64,000 nt of DNA from assembly GCF_963921235.1 (NCBI RefSeq), contig NC_086097.1:216010001-216074000 (forward strand), in the 5' to 3' direction. How positions within the stretch are numbered: the first letter of the stretch is position 1; each line of letters opens with the position of its first letter. Both the position numbers and the translations under genes were made by a program. This stretch comes from Mobula hypostoma (lineage: Eukaryota). Shown here piece by piece: positions 22,811-36,300 of this stretch. Below the pieces are notes generated by a model that was given only the letters and a program-made list of their open reading frames with translations, searched no databases and had not been told where the DNA came from.

Positions 22811-23433
22811 TATCACCGGTTCCATTACATTGTCTGATTCCACTCTGCCTCAGCATATCCGTTGCTGAAACCTTCATCTATGCCTTTGGTACTTCTAGGT
22901 TTAAATATTTAATTCACTTGCAACCACCCTCCCTCGATTTTATCCTTGGTAAACTTCAGATTGGTCAAAACTGTTATAGTACAGTATCTTGATGGTAAAA
23001 TCCTAAGCAACACTTGTTTTCAAATTCCTCCATGGACTTGCCCTTCTTCATCTCTGCAAGATCATCTTACCTTATAAAATTCAAACAGTGGCAGAGTTAT
23101 GGGATGAGTAAAGCAAAGCCTGGGCCATCAATAAAGTCATACGAGTTCAAATCCTCTCATGGAAATAACATTTTTAAATTGATTTATTCAATGAATTCCA
23201 AACTTCGCAACCTGTCTGAGTAAAAGTGATCTAGTAGATCTTCACCCAGCCTGGCCAGTTAGTGGTTATAGGTCCACAGCAAGTGGCAGGCTCTTAAAAG
23301 TCCTCCAAGCAAGATTATTCAAATTTGATATAAAAAAAACTTTGAGGCTACTGTCGGAGTCCCTTCATCACACAGCCAGTAGCGATTCGAAATGATATCT
23401 ACTCAAGATATCCACTCAAAGGGAAGTCGATAA

Positions 23434-23967
23434 CAGACATCCCACCCTGCAAAAACTCATTTCAGGGAGGTAGCACCATCAATTTGCGGGAGACTTCCGG
23501 GAGAGGTGAGATATCTGCAATAGAGTAGCTCCTTAGCAGCTGGCCAGCTAGTTTAAATAATGTTAGCTATGCTAATGAACGAATGACACCTGTTAAACTC
23601 ACCTCAACACGTCTTTTACAGTCTTAACCCACCATGGGCAATAGAAAAGTCACTGTCACAAACAGTGCAGTGAGCAACACTGTCATTATTTTTGACCCCT
23701 ATTAGGCAGGGGTACACTTTAGTGTAGTCTGGGGTGACATACTGTATGTTTTTTTTTTGGAACACTCTGCCATGGCGGGATGTGTCTCTCTGTGTGTCTC
23801 TCGCTTGCTTTCTGTCTCGCGCTCTCGCTTTCTCTCTCTCACTTGCTTTCTCTCGCTCGCTCTCAAAAAATTGATTTTCGTGATATTGTATATAATTTGT
23901 GAGCATCAGGGAGCCACTATTGATATGCGGGAGACTCCCGGATCTTCCGGGAGAGGTGCGGTGTCTG
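23434..23967 (-). mobile_element. Non-autonomous hAT-like element with BED-finger remnant and 6-bp TSD
   Basis: TIRs CAGACATCCCACC / GGTGCGGTGTCTG. CGATAA on both sides (23428-23433 and 23968-23973). Minus-strand remnant YPCLIGVKNNDSVAHCTVCDSDFSIAHGG. Confidence 0.85.
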
Positions 23968-26900
23968 CGATAAATAATGCTGGCCTTCCCAAAGTGAGTC
24001 TTTGTACAATTAATGACAATAAGGTACATGACACGTCATTTCTGGCCTTCTGATTATTTAAAAATCCCCACCCTATCCCTCATTAGCGACTATGCTCTGA
24101 AACTTTTACCCAGAACCTTTCAATCTCTCTTACCCTTTTTATTTTTGATGCTTAGTCATAGAACACTACAGCACAGAACCAGGCCCTCCGACCCATGCCC
24201 AGCTGTTATTCTACCTCGTCCCATTAACCCTCATGGAACCTAGCCCTCTGTACCCCTCTCAACCTCTTCTTAAGAACCTAACTTTTGACTATCCTTTGAG
24301 TCATCTACCCATATAAAATCCTAGCATTTTCATTGATAATAATCCTGTGAATACTGTTGGGTGTTCTGGTACACTGGAAATATATCTATTATCTGGAATG
24401 ACCAGAATGAAAACAAAATGTAACCACAGATTATAACAAAAGCTCTTGCTTTTCAATGTTGTGAGGTTATATATGTGATAAATGCCCTGCAGTAGAATAG
24501 TTGATCATTAATACTACTGTAAGAATTCAACCTTGCACTGCAGATTACAGTGTAGCTGCTGTACATTCTCAAATTAAAAGTGCACCTTCTCTCAATGTGC
24601 TATCCAATTTAATAATTATTGTGGTTAAAGCAAAGTTGGTGACCCATTATGTTGACAATGTGCATCATAATACTATAACCTCCAATACCCTGAAACAACA
24701 AATGTAAGCAGAGTTCAGTAACTGTGAAAGAACTATTAAAGGAGGACACACAATGTGTGACCTTGACTGACAACCACACTTCATTTCAGCAATAAACAGC
24801 AGTCTCCTGATAAGTGTTCATTGGTGCACAGAGTAATTACCTATCTGTCAGCGTTGCTGGTGTGTGCGAAGTAGTATAAATGAAACATACATAATGTTCA
24901 GCAATAACACAGCACATGCAGAACCTAATGTATTATCTCAAATGTGGGTTTATGCAACTGTTTCCACTGCATAAATGCCTTCAAGCCATGATAATTTCAT
25001 TCTAATCTCTGTTCCATATTATAATTTTCATAGCTGGACGATACTGGTGAGTAATACATTTCAATCAAGTACTAAATGGATCATATTCTGTTGCTTGATA
25101 TTTTATAAATCTTTGTTTTTGTCTTTCTAGAAAGGAGTTGCAGAAGTCATGAATAAGCTGTAAATTCATGGATGACAAAGTCTGTCTGTACCAATGTCAC
25201 GGAGGCTGCAGACAAGTGGCACATACCCTGTAGAAGGGATTCTACCCTTGTCTAATAGGCACCCCTAATAGAACTCATACCCTGCAGCAGTTACTGTTCA
25301 GTCCTGTTTCTCATTTGACATATTTCCATATAGTTTCTCTAATTTTTGAAACAGAAAAAAAAAATCCTGGAAGACATGTCGCAAATTTATTGATGCAAGG
25401 AAAAACACCAGGATAAAAACTGTAATTTGAAATTTGAAATTAATTGATCACAGAAAGCACTGACACCTACAATTAAGTTTTTGGCACACTGGGTGGTAAG
25501 ATTGCTGGGTCAGCCATATGGAACCAGCAGTAAAACACAAAAGAGTCCTCAAATACAGATATGACAATCTCCTCAGCAGAGGTCAGATGTAACATGGCAG
25601 GTTGGTGTCAGTCAGGACTGACAGCCTGGAGAAATGTAATGTCAGATGAACAGAGAGAAAGACACAAACAACTCAAAGTACAAACAAATAAAATCCGGTT
25701 ATTGGAAATCAAAGTCTGTGAATTGATGCCAATGATGTTACTGTATGTTTGTTAGCGTTCAGTTCAAACTTCTGTTTGTTTATCCGAGATATTAAATAAT
25801 AGTTTAATGCCTCCAATAAGATTGCAGAACAAGGAAAATTAATGCAACAAAAGCAGCTTATATTTCCAACAATGTGGCAAATAGTTTCAAACTGCCCCAC
25901 ATTTTATACAGAGTTACAGAAAAGGAGGAGACAAATAACCTAGTCAAAGAGGTTTAATAAACTTCTTGGAGAAAATAAACAAAGGAAGGTCTACAGAGAG
26001 AATTACAGAGTTTGGGGCTTTAGAAGCTGAAAGCAAGACCACCAAAGACTGAGATAAAATTGGGCATCCTGTATCTCAATGTACGTTGGACATGGGGACA
26101 TCACAGCAGTGCAAGGTGGTAATTGAATGAATCTGAAATGGGCATAATTCATACAATAGAATTGTTCATAGTAATGGGTAAAGGACTACAGTAAAGTTAG
26201 ATTAACTACATATTTTATTCATTCTGTCATTGAGATACAGTACTATTTTGAAAAAAGCAAACAAAATAGTGAAGGCTTAAGGAAACTATTAGCCTAGAAT
26301 GCAATATTTGGAGAGTTAGCACTGGAGCATATCTTTCCCATGTTGGAATCTTAATGAATAAATAATCACATATGAAGAGGAAAACAAAACATAAAATAAT
26401 CCAAGCTGCTATCAGATAATATTAATCCTTATTTGAATAATTAAATGTCATCTTTTCTGAACTTAGCTCTACTTATAATAAAAATGCCACAGGTCAACAG
26501 CTTTTGTAGAAGCATCTGCAATGTGGCATCCATGGAAGCTAAGGAACCCCTCATGTCTCAGGCACATACGAGAAGGAATACAACTCCTGTAATGGAACAT
26601 TACATATGGACAAGTAAACACAGACTGGTGGAACAATCAGACAGATAGCTTCCTATGTTCGTATAAGCATTGCAAGGAACAAAGGAAGTCAGGGGGTAAT
26701 GGGATGAGGCTCTGGGGACCAGGAATCACATTCAAATGTGCATGAAGGCTCATGCTCACGATTATCTGGGTGCGTGTTAATACAAGTCAGCATAAAACAT
26801 AGAAACGGGCAGAATCCTATCAAAAGAACTACACAAGTAGGGCTGTGAAGCCCCGATTCAGCAAAAATTCTGGAGATCAGAAGTGTCATCCCCTGTATCT

Positions 26901-27619
26901 GGGACAAGGTGATGGAAAACCTGAGGATCTGGCTGCTTTACATGTGTCCATCTAATATCAAATCATCTGAGTGAAAAAGCAATCGATACGAGGAAAGAAC
27001 CAAAATAAAAGTAATGAACTGTTAAAGAGAAAATGTATTTTGGCTGTTCCAAGGTGCTGTGATCATTTCCAAGGAAATATTGGGGGCATTTCAGCTTGTC
27101 TCACTTTTGGCAATCTTGCGACGAAGATAAGGTTTGCTGAGATTTGAAATTGCGTTGCTATAAATCTGTAACTCCAACACCAACTTTGTAGAAGTATTTA
27201 CTTTTTTAAAATGCCATTTCATAGGCTTTCAAAGTATAACTGAAAATATTTCCTGTGCTAGTTCTATAATTATAAACTAAGATCAACCAGAAACCAAGCT
27301 GGAACTATTAAAACCAACTTGCTCAGATGTTTATTCTCTTGTGACCTATGGTCTTAGTCTGAGGGTGGATGATGCAAAAGCCAGATCAAGAACAATCCTA
27401 CTATATCAAGAGGACCTTGACTGCATTTCAACTTGGTGCCTGAGCAGGGAACTAGTTACAGTTTTCCATTAGAGCAAAACAGATCTGTATTGTACTGAAA
27501 GATCTAACAGTTGCAATCAATATGTCAGAAACATTCTTTTGTTGATCAGGAAGAGAAGCAGGCTTTCTCCAAGAGTCACAAGTAAATTCACCATCTCCCT
27601 CTCCTTTACTTTTTTTTTG

Positions 27620-27872
27620 TGTGTCGCACCAGACAGTCAGCCATTCTTGTCTGGCACGTGGTGTCAGAATTGGTCTCCTTTCGGATTAACCTGGTCATGA
27701 TATGGACGTTCCTAACTCAACCTTTTTTTTTTAAATGAGGCCGAGTGGCTAGCTCGATGCTCAACCTGGCATGGATGGAAAGTGTGCTCTGGGAGTGGCC
27801 CAACTTGGATTCGAACTCGGGAGCCTTTGCTCCAGAGTCCGGCGCTGATGCCATTGCGCCACCAGCCGGCCA
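27620..27872 (-). mobile_element. tRNA-derived SINE
   Basis: Minus-strand A box TGGCGCAATGG (27851-27861) and B box GTTCGAATCC (about 27807-27817), followed by a non-tRNA body and A-rich tract. Confidence 0.75.
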
Positions 27873-30109
27873 TCTCCTTCACTAAAATCCCTGTACACAT
27901 AGCACATTCCCAAATCCTCTTCCTCAAAAGTTAACTGTTTGAAAACAGTCTCATCCAACCTTCAACATATATTATTTCCAGGCTGAAGTGTACAGAAAAC
28001 AAAAAAGAACCATTAAGCAGAGGTCAAGTTGTCTAGTTATGACTGGTATTCAGCTCTCCCTGAAATTGCACCTGTCTGAGAATCCTGTGAAGATTCTGAA
28101 AACACCTCTTTTCTTACCCTAAACACCTTTGCACAGTTCTCAAACTGAGAGGACACTTGATTGAAACATGCATGAATCTGAGAGGTAGACATGGAACCAA
28201 TTGTTTCTCTTGTGGGAGAATCTGGAACTAGAGTTGATTGTATTAAAAAACAAGTCACCCACTTAAAACAGAGATGGAATGATCAAAAGTTTGAAAGTCT
28301 CAGGAACTCTGAAGCAGAATCTGAATATTTTTAAGGCAGAGGTAAATGTATTCTCGATTATCTAGTGGGTGAAAGGTTATCCAGAGTGACTAGGTGTGGA
28401 ATGGAAGTTATAATCAGATCAGCTGTGACTTGGAACAGATCTGAGGAAATAAATGAAAGATCAAGCATTTTTATGCTGAATATATAGAACATTAGGGAGA
28501 GAGGCTTAACTTTCTCACATTCATTAATATTACTACTTTATATCTTAAGCAGCTTCAAGTACAATTCCCATTCAGCATGATGTTGCCCCTTGTATATGCT
28601 AATAATGAAGGTACTAGGGGAGAAACCTTAAAGTGTGCTTTTCTACTGTCATCTAATCTTCCATTTATAGAAAAATAAAACTGTTCTGGTTTAATTAAAT
28701 CAGTTCTGAAATATATATTTGTTGCTCTTCATTGTAAAACCAATAAGCACATCGGATGCAGAAGTCCCATTTTTAACCTATCAATCCCATGGGACTGGAG
28801 CAGAAACCAGCCAGAGGTCCATTTACTGCATCAACTGAATGCACCCCAATATGTTAAACCAAAATATAAAGTGTTTCAGAAACTAACTTCCGTTTGCTTT
28901 AAATTCATTCATCATTCCATGATAACCAGGAGCCCCTTTAAGGATCTTAGCCCAAAACATAAGTCTGCTTATTCCTCTCCTTAGATGTTATCTGGCCTGC
29001 TGAGTTCCTCATGCATTTTATATCTGTTACTCAAGATTTCCAGCATCTTCAGAATCTCTTGTTCTTATCATTCCATTCTGTTCCTTTATTATACCACTTA
29101 GTCTTTCTGCACGATCAAAATTCACAGGGTCTTTCACTTCAACTATTTACAATGTAGATAGCAATGTTTGAATCATTTACATAGTTTTGATAGCATTTTG
29201 TTCAGGGCTGGTGTGCCCTCCACCATGCTTCACCATGATTCTCCAGTTCTCAGCCACTTTAATCTATTTTCCAGATGACACACTGTGAGTGATCATAATT
29301 TCCTACAATTAAAATGTCAGAAAAAGCAAATCTGCCTTACTCATCTCTGCCACGTTCTGTATCCTTATTTTCAGTGTTTTTCTGCCCTCCAGCAGTCAGA
29401 GGAAAATAGGTATTTCTTAAAAACTCCATATATCCCAAATATCCATTCAAAATCTCCTCTGTACAAAACTCTGCAAGCTTTTGCATTCACTCTCTACCAA
29501 GCCTCATTCTGCACAATGTCTGCCTCAACCCAACCATCTGTGAATGAACTAGGTCCGGTTTTCCACCCCTGCATTATAACATCCATAATGTATAAGATTC
29601 ATAATCCTTGCTTGTCAATGGCATATATTCCATGGCTTCCCTCAGCCTGACCTCTTTTATACTTACCGTGTCCTCCAATCCAAACATCTCTGCTCAGTTC
29701 CACTGTCTCCACCTCCAGCAGCATCATCAACATCGTGAGCAGCCTCCACCGTAAAGTAACTTCCGACTCCAGATCCCCTGGCTTGTTACTCCTCAGAATC
29801 TAAAAATCATCTTGCTATTCTACCTTTTGCACCTTGCACCTGCTAGTCTCTTTTAATATTCAGTGTCAATCAGGAAGCATCTTGGGAGTATTCTATATTA
29901 AAAATACTGTGTGAATCAAAGTAATGTTTTTTTAATCAAAGGTTTTAATGACAGCTTCGACACTGCAGTGATGAAAAGATAAATAAATAACCAAGTAATT
30001 AATCTTTGCACGGTCATCCCATCTCTGACATCCTAACTGACCTGTTATTCTAGTCAGGGGATTTTAACAGCCTTGCAGTTCCTTACACTTCTTTTTCTAT
30101 TTTTTTTTT

Positions 30110-30620
30110 AAAGATTATGAGGACATTCAGTCCTTGTTTATTGTCATTTAGAAATGCATGCATTAAAAAATGATTCAATGTTCGATATCACAGAAACACA
30201 GGACAAACCAAGACTAACTGACAAAACCACATAAAAATAACATATAGTTACAACAGTGCAAAGCAATACCGTAATTTGATAAAGAGCAGACCATGGGCAC
30301 TGTAAAAAAGAGTCTCAAGTCCCAATAGCCCCATCATCTCACGCAGACAGAAGTGCCACAAACTTGCCGATGTATTGGAGCACCCAACCGCAGCCGACTC
30401 TGAGTCCGTCCAAAAACTTCGAGCCTCCAACCAGCCCTCCGAGATCAAGCACCATCTCTGCCGAGCGCTTTGACCCCGCCCCAGCCGCTAGGCAACAAGC
30501 AAAGCCGAGGACTCTGTCTCCATCAAATCAGAATTGTGCACGGCACCCTACTTGACAAATAACAGATATCGTTCACCAGAGTGGCCGCTGCAAGCTGCAT
30601 TGTGCTGCCATCTTCTCCTC
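30110..30620 (-). mobile_element. Non-autonomous retroelement with Rex1-like tail
   Basis: CpG-rich body, and the plus-strand start TTTATTGTCATTTAGAAATGCATGC is the reverse of a ...ATGACAATAAA 3' end seen in other copies here. Confidence 0.5.
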
Positions 30621-31844
30621 CAGCACTACAGCTCACAAAATTATGGGTCTTATTTCTTGCATGATGACTGTTGCTTACCCTGCATTTCACATAAAGGCAA
30701 CAAGCCCTCAGGTTTGTCCTCTGGGTTGATGTTCAACTACATATATTCATAATTAGAACTCTATATTCTTTGTCAAGAAAAACAATAAATCCCTAAAGAA
30801 ACTTTAAGAAAAATTAAAATAACACTTTCGTCCAAAAATTCCTACTAACAACAAGCTACCTGTAGACACCATTGACCTATTGAAGATGACCAAATCTTCG
30901 TGGAACTCCCAATGTCAGCTTATTAGGCCCAATACATCAGCTGGATTTGGACAGTCACATGGAATAAGGGCCCAGAACAAATCCTGCCCAAGAACAATGG
31001 AATAAATTATTGACAAGAGTTAAGCCAAGCTCTCAAATGAACACATTTTTGAGTCAATCACAAACATGTACTATATTGTCTTTAGGGGGATAAAATAATA
31101 AATTTGGCTAAACAGCAATCCAAAAGAGATCAGAAATGTAATTCATAAAAATTGGTTGCTGTACATTCAGCACAGAATTCTCAGCAGGCCAACAAACATG
31201 GCTAACTTCTGGAAAATTCAGACAGGCACTTCTGCAAAGACATTTCTTCAGGCCTCATGCAATCAAGGTCTTCCCTGAAGATAAGTATTGAAATCAGGCT
31301 GGCCTGTAGCCAGGGTTGAACATAAGAAGGGAATCAGGACTAGTTAGCAGCTCAAGGGATGAAGTGAGGTTGGGAAGTGGTATGAGTTGAGATGGGACCA
31401 ATAGTTTCCAGAATGGAGATGTGAGGATGGGGAGGGTTCGGGCAATGAGGAAGAGTTTGAGTTCGGGAATTAGGAAGATATAATTTAAGTTGAAGTTTGA
31501 AGGTTTGGAGAGAATTGTGCTTAATAATTAGGGAAATGTTGGTTGGGGAATGGAGACAGTGTTGTGGGAAAGAAGGGAGAAATTTGGCTTTGGATGTACA
31601 AGATAGTGAACCATAGTGAGAGGAAGGATAAGGAGGGTGTGTGAGGAGAAAGGTGCAAAAAGAAAGCCAAGTAACTGGCTAAATGTGGACTCCCAATAGT
31701 CAGGTTCCAGAAATGAGCTGAGGGACAAGCAGGGTCTTGTGAACACTGTGAAACCTTGTTCATAATCCAATTGACTACAGATAACATGACGCTTACAAGG
31801 AAGACAATGGATGCCAGTGCTTTCCGTGTTCGCACCTCAGATAT

Positions 31845-32390
31845 AGAACATAGAACATAGACTAGTACAGCACAGTACAGGCCCTTCGGCCCACAATGTT
31901 GTGCCGACCCTCAAACCCTGCCTCCCATATAAGCCCCCACCTTAAATTCCTCCATATACCTGTCTAGTAGTCTCGTAAACTTCACTAGTGTATCTGCCCC
32001 CACCACTGACTCAGACAGTGCATTCCACGCACCAACCACTCTCCGAGTAAAAAACCTTCCTCTAATATCCCCCTTGAACTTCCCACCCCTTACCTTAAAG
32101 CCATGTCCTCTTGTATTGAGCAGTGGTGCCCTGGGGAAGAGGCGCTGGCTATCCACTCTATCTATTCCTCTTATTATCTTGTACACCTCTATCATGTCTC
32201 CTCTCATCCTCCTTCTCTCCAAAGAGTAAAGCCCTAGCTCCCTTAATCTCTGATCATAATGCATACTCTCTAAACCAGGCAGCATCCTGGTAAATCTCCT
32301 CTGTACCGTTTCCAATGCTTCCACATCCTTCCTATAGTGAGGTGACCAGAACTGAACACAGTACTCCAAGTGTGGCCTAACCAGAGTCTT
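31845..32390 (-). mobile_element. Young CR1 3' end with open ORF2 C-terminus
   Basis: KTLVRPHLEYCVQFWSPHYRKDVEALETVQRRFTRMLPG...FFTRRVVGAWNAL is uninterrupted. (AGAACAT)n tail. Confidence 0.95.
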
Positions 32391-32744
32391 ATGTGTAGGA
32401 CCCAGAATCACCAGTTTTGAGTAACTTGCACAGAAAAAAAAGTTCATTGAGATTGGCTTCTGTTAAGCAAAAACTTGGATATTGTTCAGCAAATTTGTCA
32501 TCACTTCTCCTCTATTTGCTTCTGGACATACAAGAAAGAGCCATTAAAGCAGGCAACATTTAAACAGCCCATTGGATATCATCCACCCATTTTTTACATT
32601 AATCCTATTCCAACACATTTTGTTCTCCTTACTTTCCCAACAACTTTCTAGTCTGTACAATTCATGTAAATAGTAGCAGCCAATAATAATGGCCAAGTAA
32701 CGTGCCAACACACGCCTTTGTGCTGGGGATGGAAACCAGAGTAC

Positions 32745-33365
32745 CTGATGAAAAGCACCACATCCACCTTTGAGCACCTCTGCATGGAGCGTTGTTGCAG
32801 GAAAGCAGCATCCATCATAATGGACCTCCACCATGTTCTCTTCTCACTGCTGCCATCAAGGTGGCGGCACAGCAGCCTCAGAACCCACACTATCACATTC
32901 AGGAACTTCAACCATCAGGTTCCTGAATCAGAGTGGAGAACTTCATTCACCCCAACATTGAACTAATTCCACAACCTACGGACTCACTTACAAGACTCTG
33001 CACTCATGTCCTCAATACTGTTTATTAATTTATTATTTAGTTTTTCATTTTGTATTTGAATAACTTCTTGTTTTTTTTACAAACAAGAGAAAATCTGTAG
33101 ATGCTGGAAATCCAAGCAACATACACAAAACACTGGAAGAACTCAGCAGGCCAGACAGCATCTATGGAAAAATGTACAGTCGACGTTTTGGGCCGAAATC
33201 CTTCGGTAGGACTGGTGTTTTTCCATCTTTGTGTGTAACTTTTCATTGATTCTGATTTGTTTCTCTATATCTACCATGAATGCCCACATGAAAATAAATC
33301 TCAGGATAGTATACGGTGACATATATGTACTTTGAAAATAAATTTACTTTGAACCGTGAACTTTT
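32745..33365 (+). mobile_element. Rex1/Babar 3' end, interrupted by a Penelope pLTR
   Basis: EHLCMERCCRKAASII...LFSLLPSR. Tail AAATAAATTTACTTTGAAC. Homologous to 45100-45575. Confidence 0.8.
33082..33214 (-). mobile_element. Penelope-like family B 3' end with tail
   Basis: Reverse complement of ...GACTGTAC...GATTTCCAGCATCT(A)CAGATTTTCTCTTGTTTG; hammerhead core decayed. Confidence 0.8.
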
Positions 33366-36300
33366 GAATTCAACTTTTTTTTGGAGGCAGCAGCTCTAAT
33401 AAATGCACGACTATGCCACCTAATCTTGAGCTTTCTTTGTCCTTATTTCTCCGCCCTCGGACTTGATTGACTATTGCTTCCATTCCCATGCAACACTCTG
33501 TGCTGAACTCCTGCTGTTGCCAACCAACCACGCAGATTGACCAGGAATCTGAACCCAAATAAACTAAGCCCCAACATCTCCTGTCATGAGAGCTTGGCTG
33601 AGGTTTTTAGCCTGGCGACAACTACTGGGAGGTTCTTTAAAAAGAGACAGTTCTCAGAATTTGTACATTGCATTCTAGAAACTTCTTCCAAGCTGGGAAA
33701 TGCACTTTACAGCAGAAAGTTATAAAACACAGTCAATGAATCAAAATGAATTTTAAAGTTACAATAAAATATACAAATAAAATGATAACCGCTTAAATTT
33801 TTGCAGTATTCATTAGTGCTTAAACCAACTAAGGCTTCAAAGCAAACATGCACATTCCTCGATGAGCACAGTGCAACTGAAGGTCCACTTGCCACAGGGC
33901 AAGATGGATAGCGTCAGTTTTTCACCCCTCTGAGATAAGAAAGTCTACTTCGATGGAGTGCCACATCTAGCAACTCAGCCAAGCACTGACAAACCTCATT
34001 ACACATGTAGCTGCTGAATCTGAGCATAAGGCAGCCCTGGGGTCAAACACTGTGAACCTAGGGATGCAAAGCAAACATTATAACCTTTTGACTAGCAACC
34101 CACGAGCAAGCCTACAACTTCCTCATTTTACAGGTTGTCAATGGATCTTCAGAATGAACTCGGTAATGATTAACTTAAAAAAAAAGTTTTCGTATATCAA
34201 TAGTACACAATTAAAAAATAACCCACATCTTAATTGACATGTTCTTGGCGTCAAAGATCCCTGCAAACTAATGGAACTGTCTTTGCTTCATAGCCTAAAG
34301 AATCAAGAGAAATTGTTTGTCAAATCAATGTCTACAGGGGATGTTCCAAAGACACATTTCTGAATATGAGTGGAGCTACATGACTGCCAGGCAACCAATC
34401 CTGTGATGGACAGGACAAATAAAGGCAAAACTGAGATCACAGTAGTCACCCATTTATTTTCATAATTAACTCTTGGAATGCCAAATTTGTCAAATGCCTT
34501 TCATTGTTTTAATGTGAAAGAATAACATGGCAAATTCCAAAACAAAAATAATTAGAAGAATTTATTATATTTGTGAAATGATAGCTTACAAGGTAGCTCT
34601 AACCACAACAATAAGGATAACTGTCAGAACACTGCTCCCATTGATATTCTTACCAAATTGACCAAATGACAGAGAATCTGAAAATCTACTAAAATAAACT
34701 ATGCTTACAGAACTGAATATTTGCTTTGATGTAAGAATTATAACTGCTCATTCAATATCATTATGATTAGAAAAGAGTTTGAAAAATGCCTGAAAGCCCC
34801 ATAATGAATCCTAGGAAATCATTTGTTCACTTGTTAGCAACATTACACACCCAACAGGAAAGGCATCCATTCAAACGGGCCCACTAAAGAGCACAATGCC
34901 TAGAAAGACCATACCCGGGGACTCGGGGGAGAATCATGAGGAGGAGAGTGGTTGGTTGGTTGAGGAATACAGGCTTTGGGAATCTGGGAATCCATTGGTT
35001 GGAGCAATTCCACAATTCGCTCACAAGGAATGTTGAAACAAGTAACTTCATTTTGTAATCAGGAGTTCCTTTGTTCTTCCTTGGTTGCATTTTTCAACCC
35101 CTGGGGAAATCTGCACAGCTGCAATCACTTCATGGGAGCCCAACTTAGGTAAATTCAGCATTGCTTCACAACTTCACATTTCCAACATCCACCAAAAGGA
35201 GAAAGCATGGTGTTGTATATTTGGAATGAAAACTTTTCAACCTTCTCCCACCCATGAAACAACATTAAAATTGAAAACTTTAATTACACTCACATAACCT
35301 ACAAGAATGCTCAAGATTCCGAACACAGTCTGAGCAGTGGGTATAAGAATAAAAAGAAACATACATATTTTTAAAAATGTACGTTTAGTATGAATTTGTG
35401 TCTTTAATCAGGAATGCATAATTGGCCAATATAGGTACGGAAAGAACTAAAATTCAAGTAATTCTGCCTTATAGATTTTTCTTCACCATTTTCAGTTAAA
35501 AACATAGAAGCTTCTCCTGACTATCATATATGTCTGCAACAAAAAAGCAACAAGCCAAACTGTATAACAATTACTTTCTTCAATGGTTTCATAGATGGTC
35601 AGCAGCAAAGTCACTGAGGTGTTGTTATTAATCCATTGGGTTTTCTGAATGACTTCTTTGTGACATTGTAAAAGAAAAATTGCAATCAGCAAAGACCTTT
35701 TCTAGGTTAAACCAATGAAGATGTAAATTTCTTCTGTGTGATGGCTAACAAATTGTGAAAGAGTTCCTTGTGTAGGTATACAATTACATTTCACACTGCA
35801 AGGATCTTGCATCCATTTATTTTTCTAAGTTATTTTGCCTTCAATAATATCTACATTTCAGGTGGCAAGGTTTGAGCCCAAGTTCATTTCAAATCAACAT
35901 CTCTACAAGATTTAATGTGGTCAGTTTCTGATAAAACACTCATGTATGTGTTACAATGTATACCTTTAAAACATAAATAATGTACATATATTTAAATGTT
36001 TTAAGCTTTTAAAAATTGTTAAATACTAAATTAATCATAGAATTTACATAAAGACATTTAAATTTGATGAAAATATTGCCATGTGGACTATAATCAAACT
36101 GGTTACATCCTGCCACTACAAACAGTTCTGCTGTTTGTACAAACAGTACAGGATTTGAAGCTTTATGATGGTTTGGGAAATGATAACATAGAGCATGTGT
36201 TCTTGTGTGATTACAGCTTCATGAGGAAAAATTGTCAGTTAACTTCCAGAATCAAAAAAAACGCAATAAAGTACATTCACAATCTACAAGTTTGGGGATC

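Noticed and set aside
27795..27872. tRNA gene
   Set aside because: A and B boxes are present, but I could not form a full cloverleaf and the sequence continues into a SINE body.
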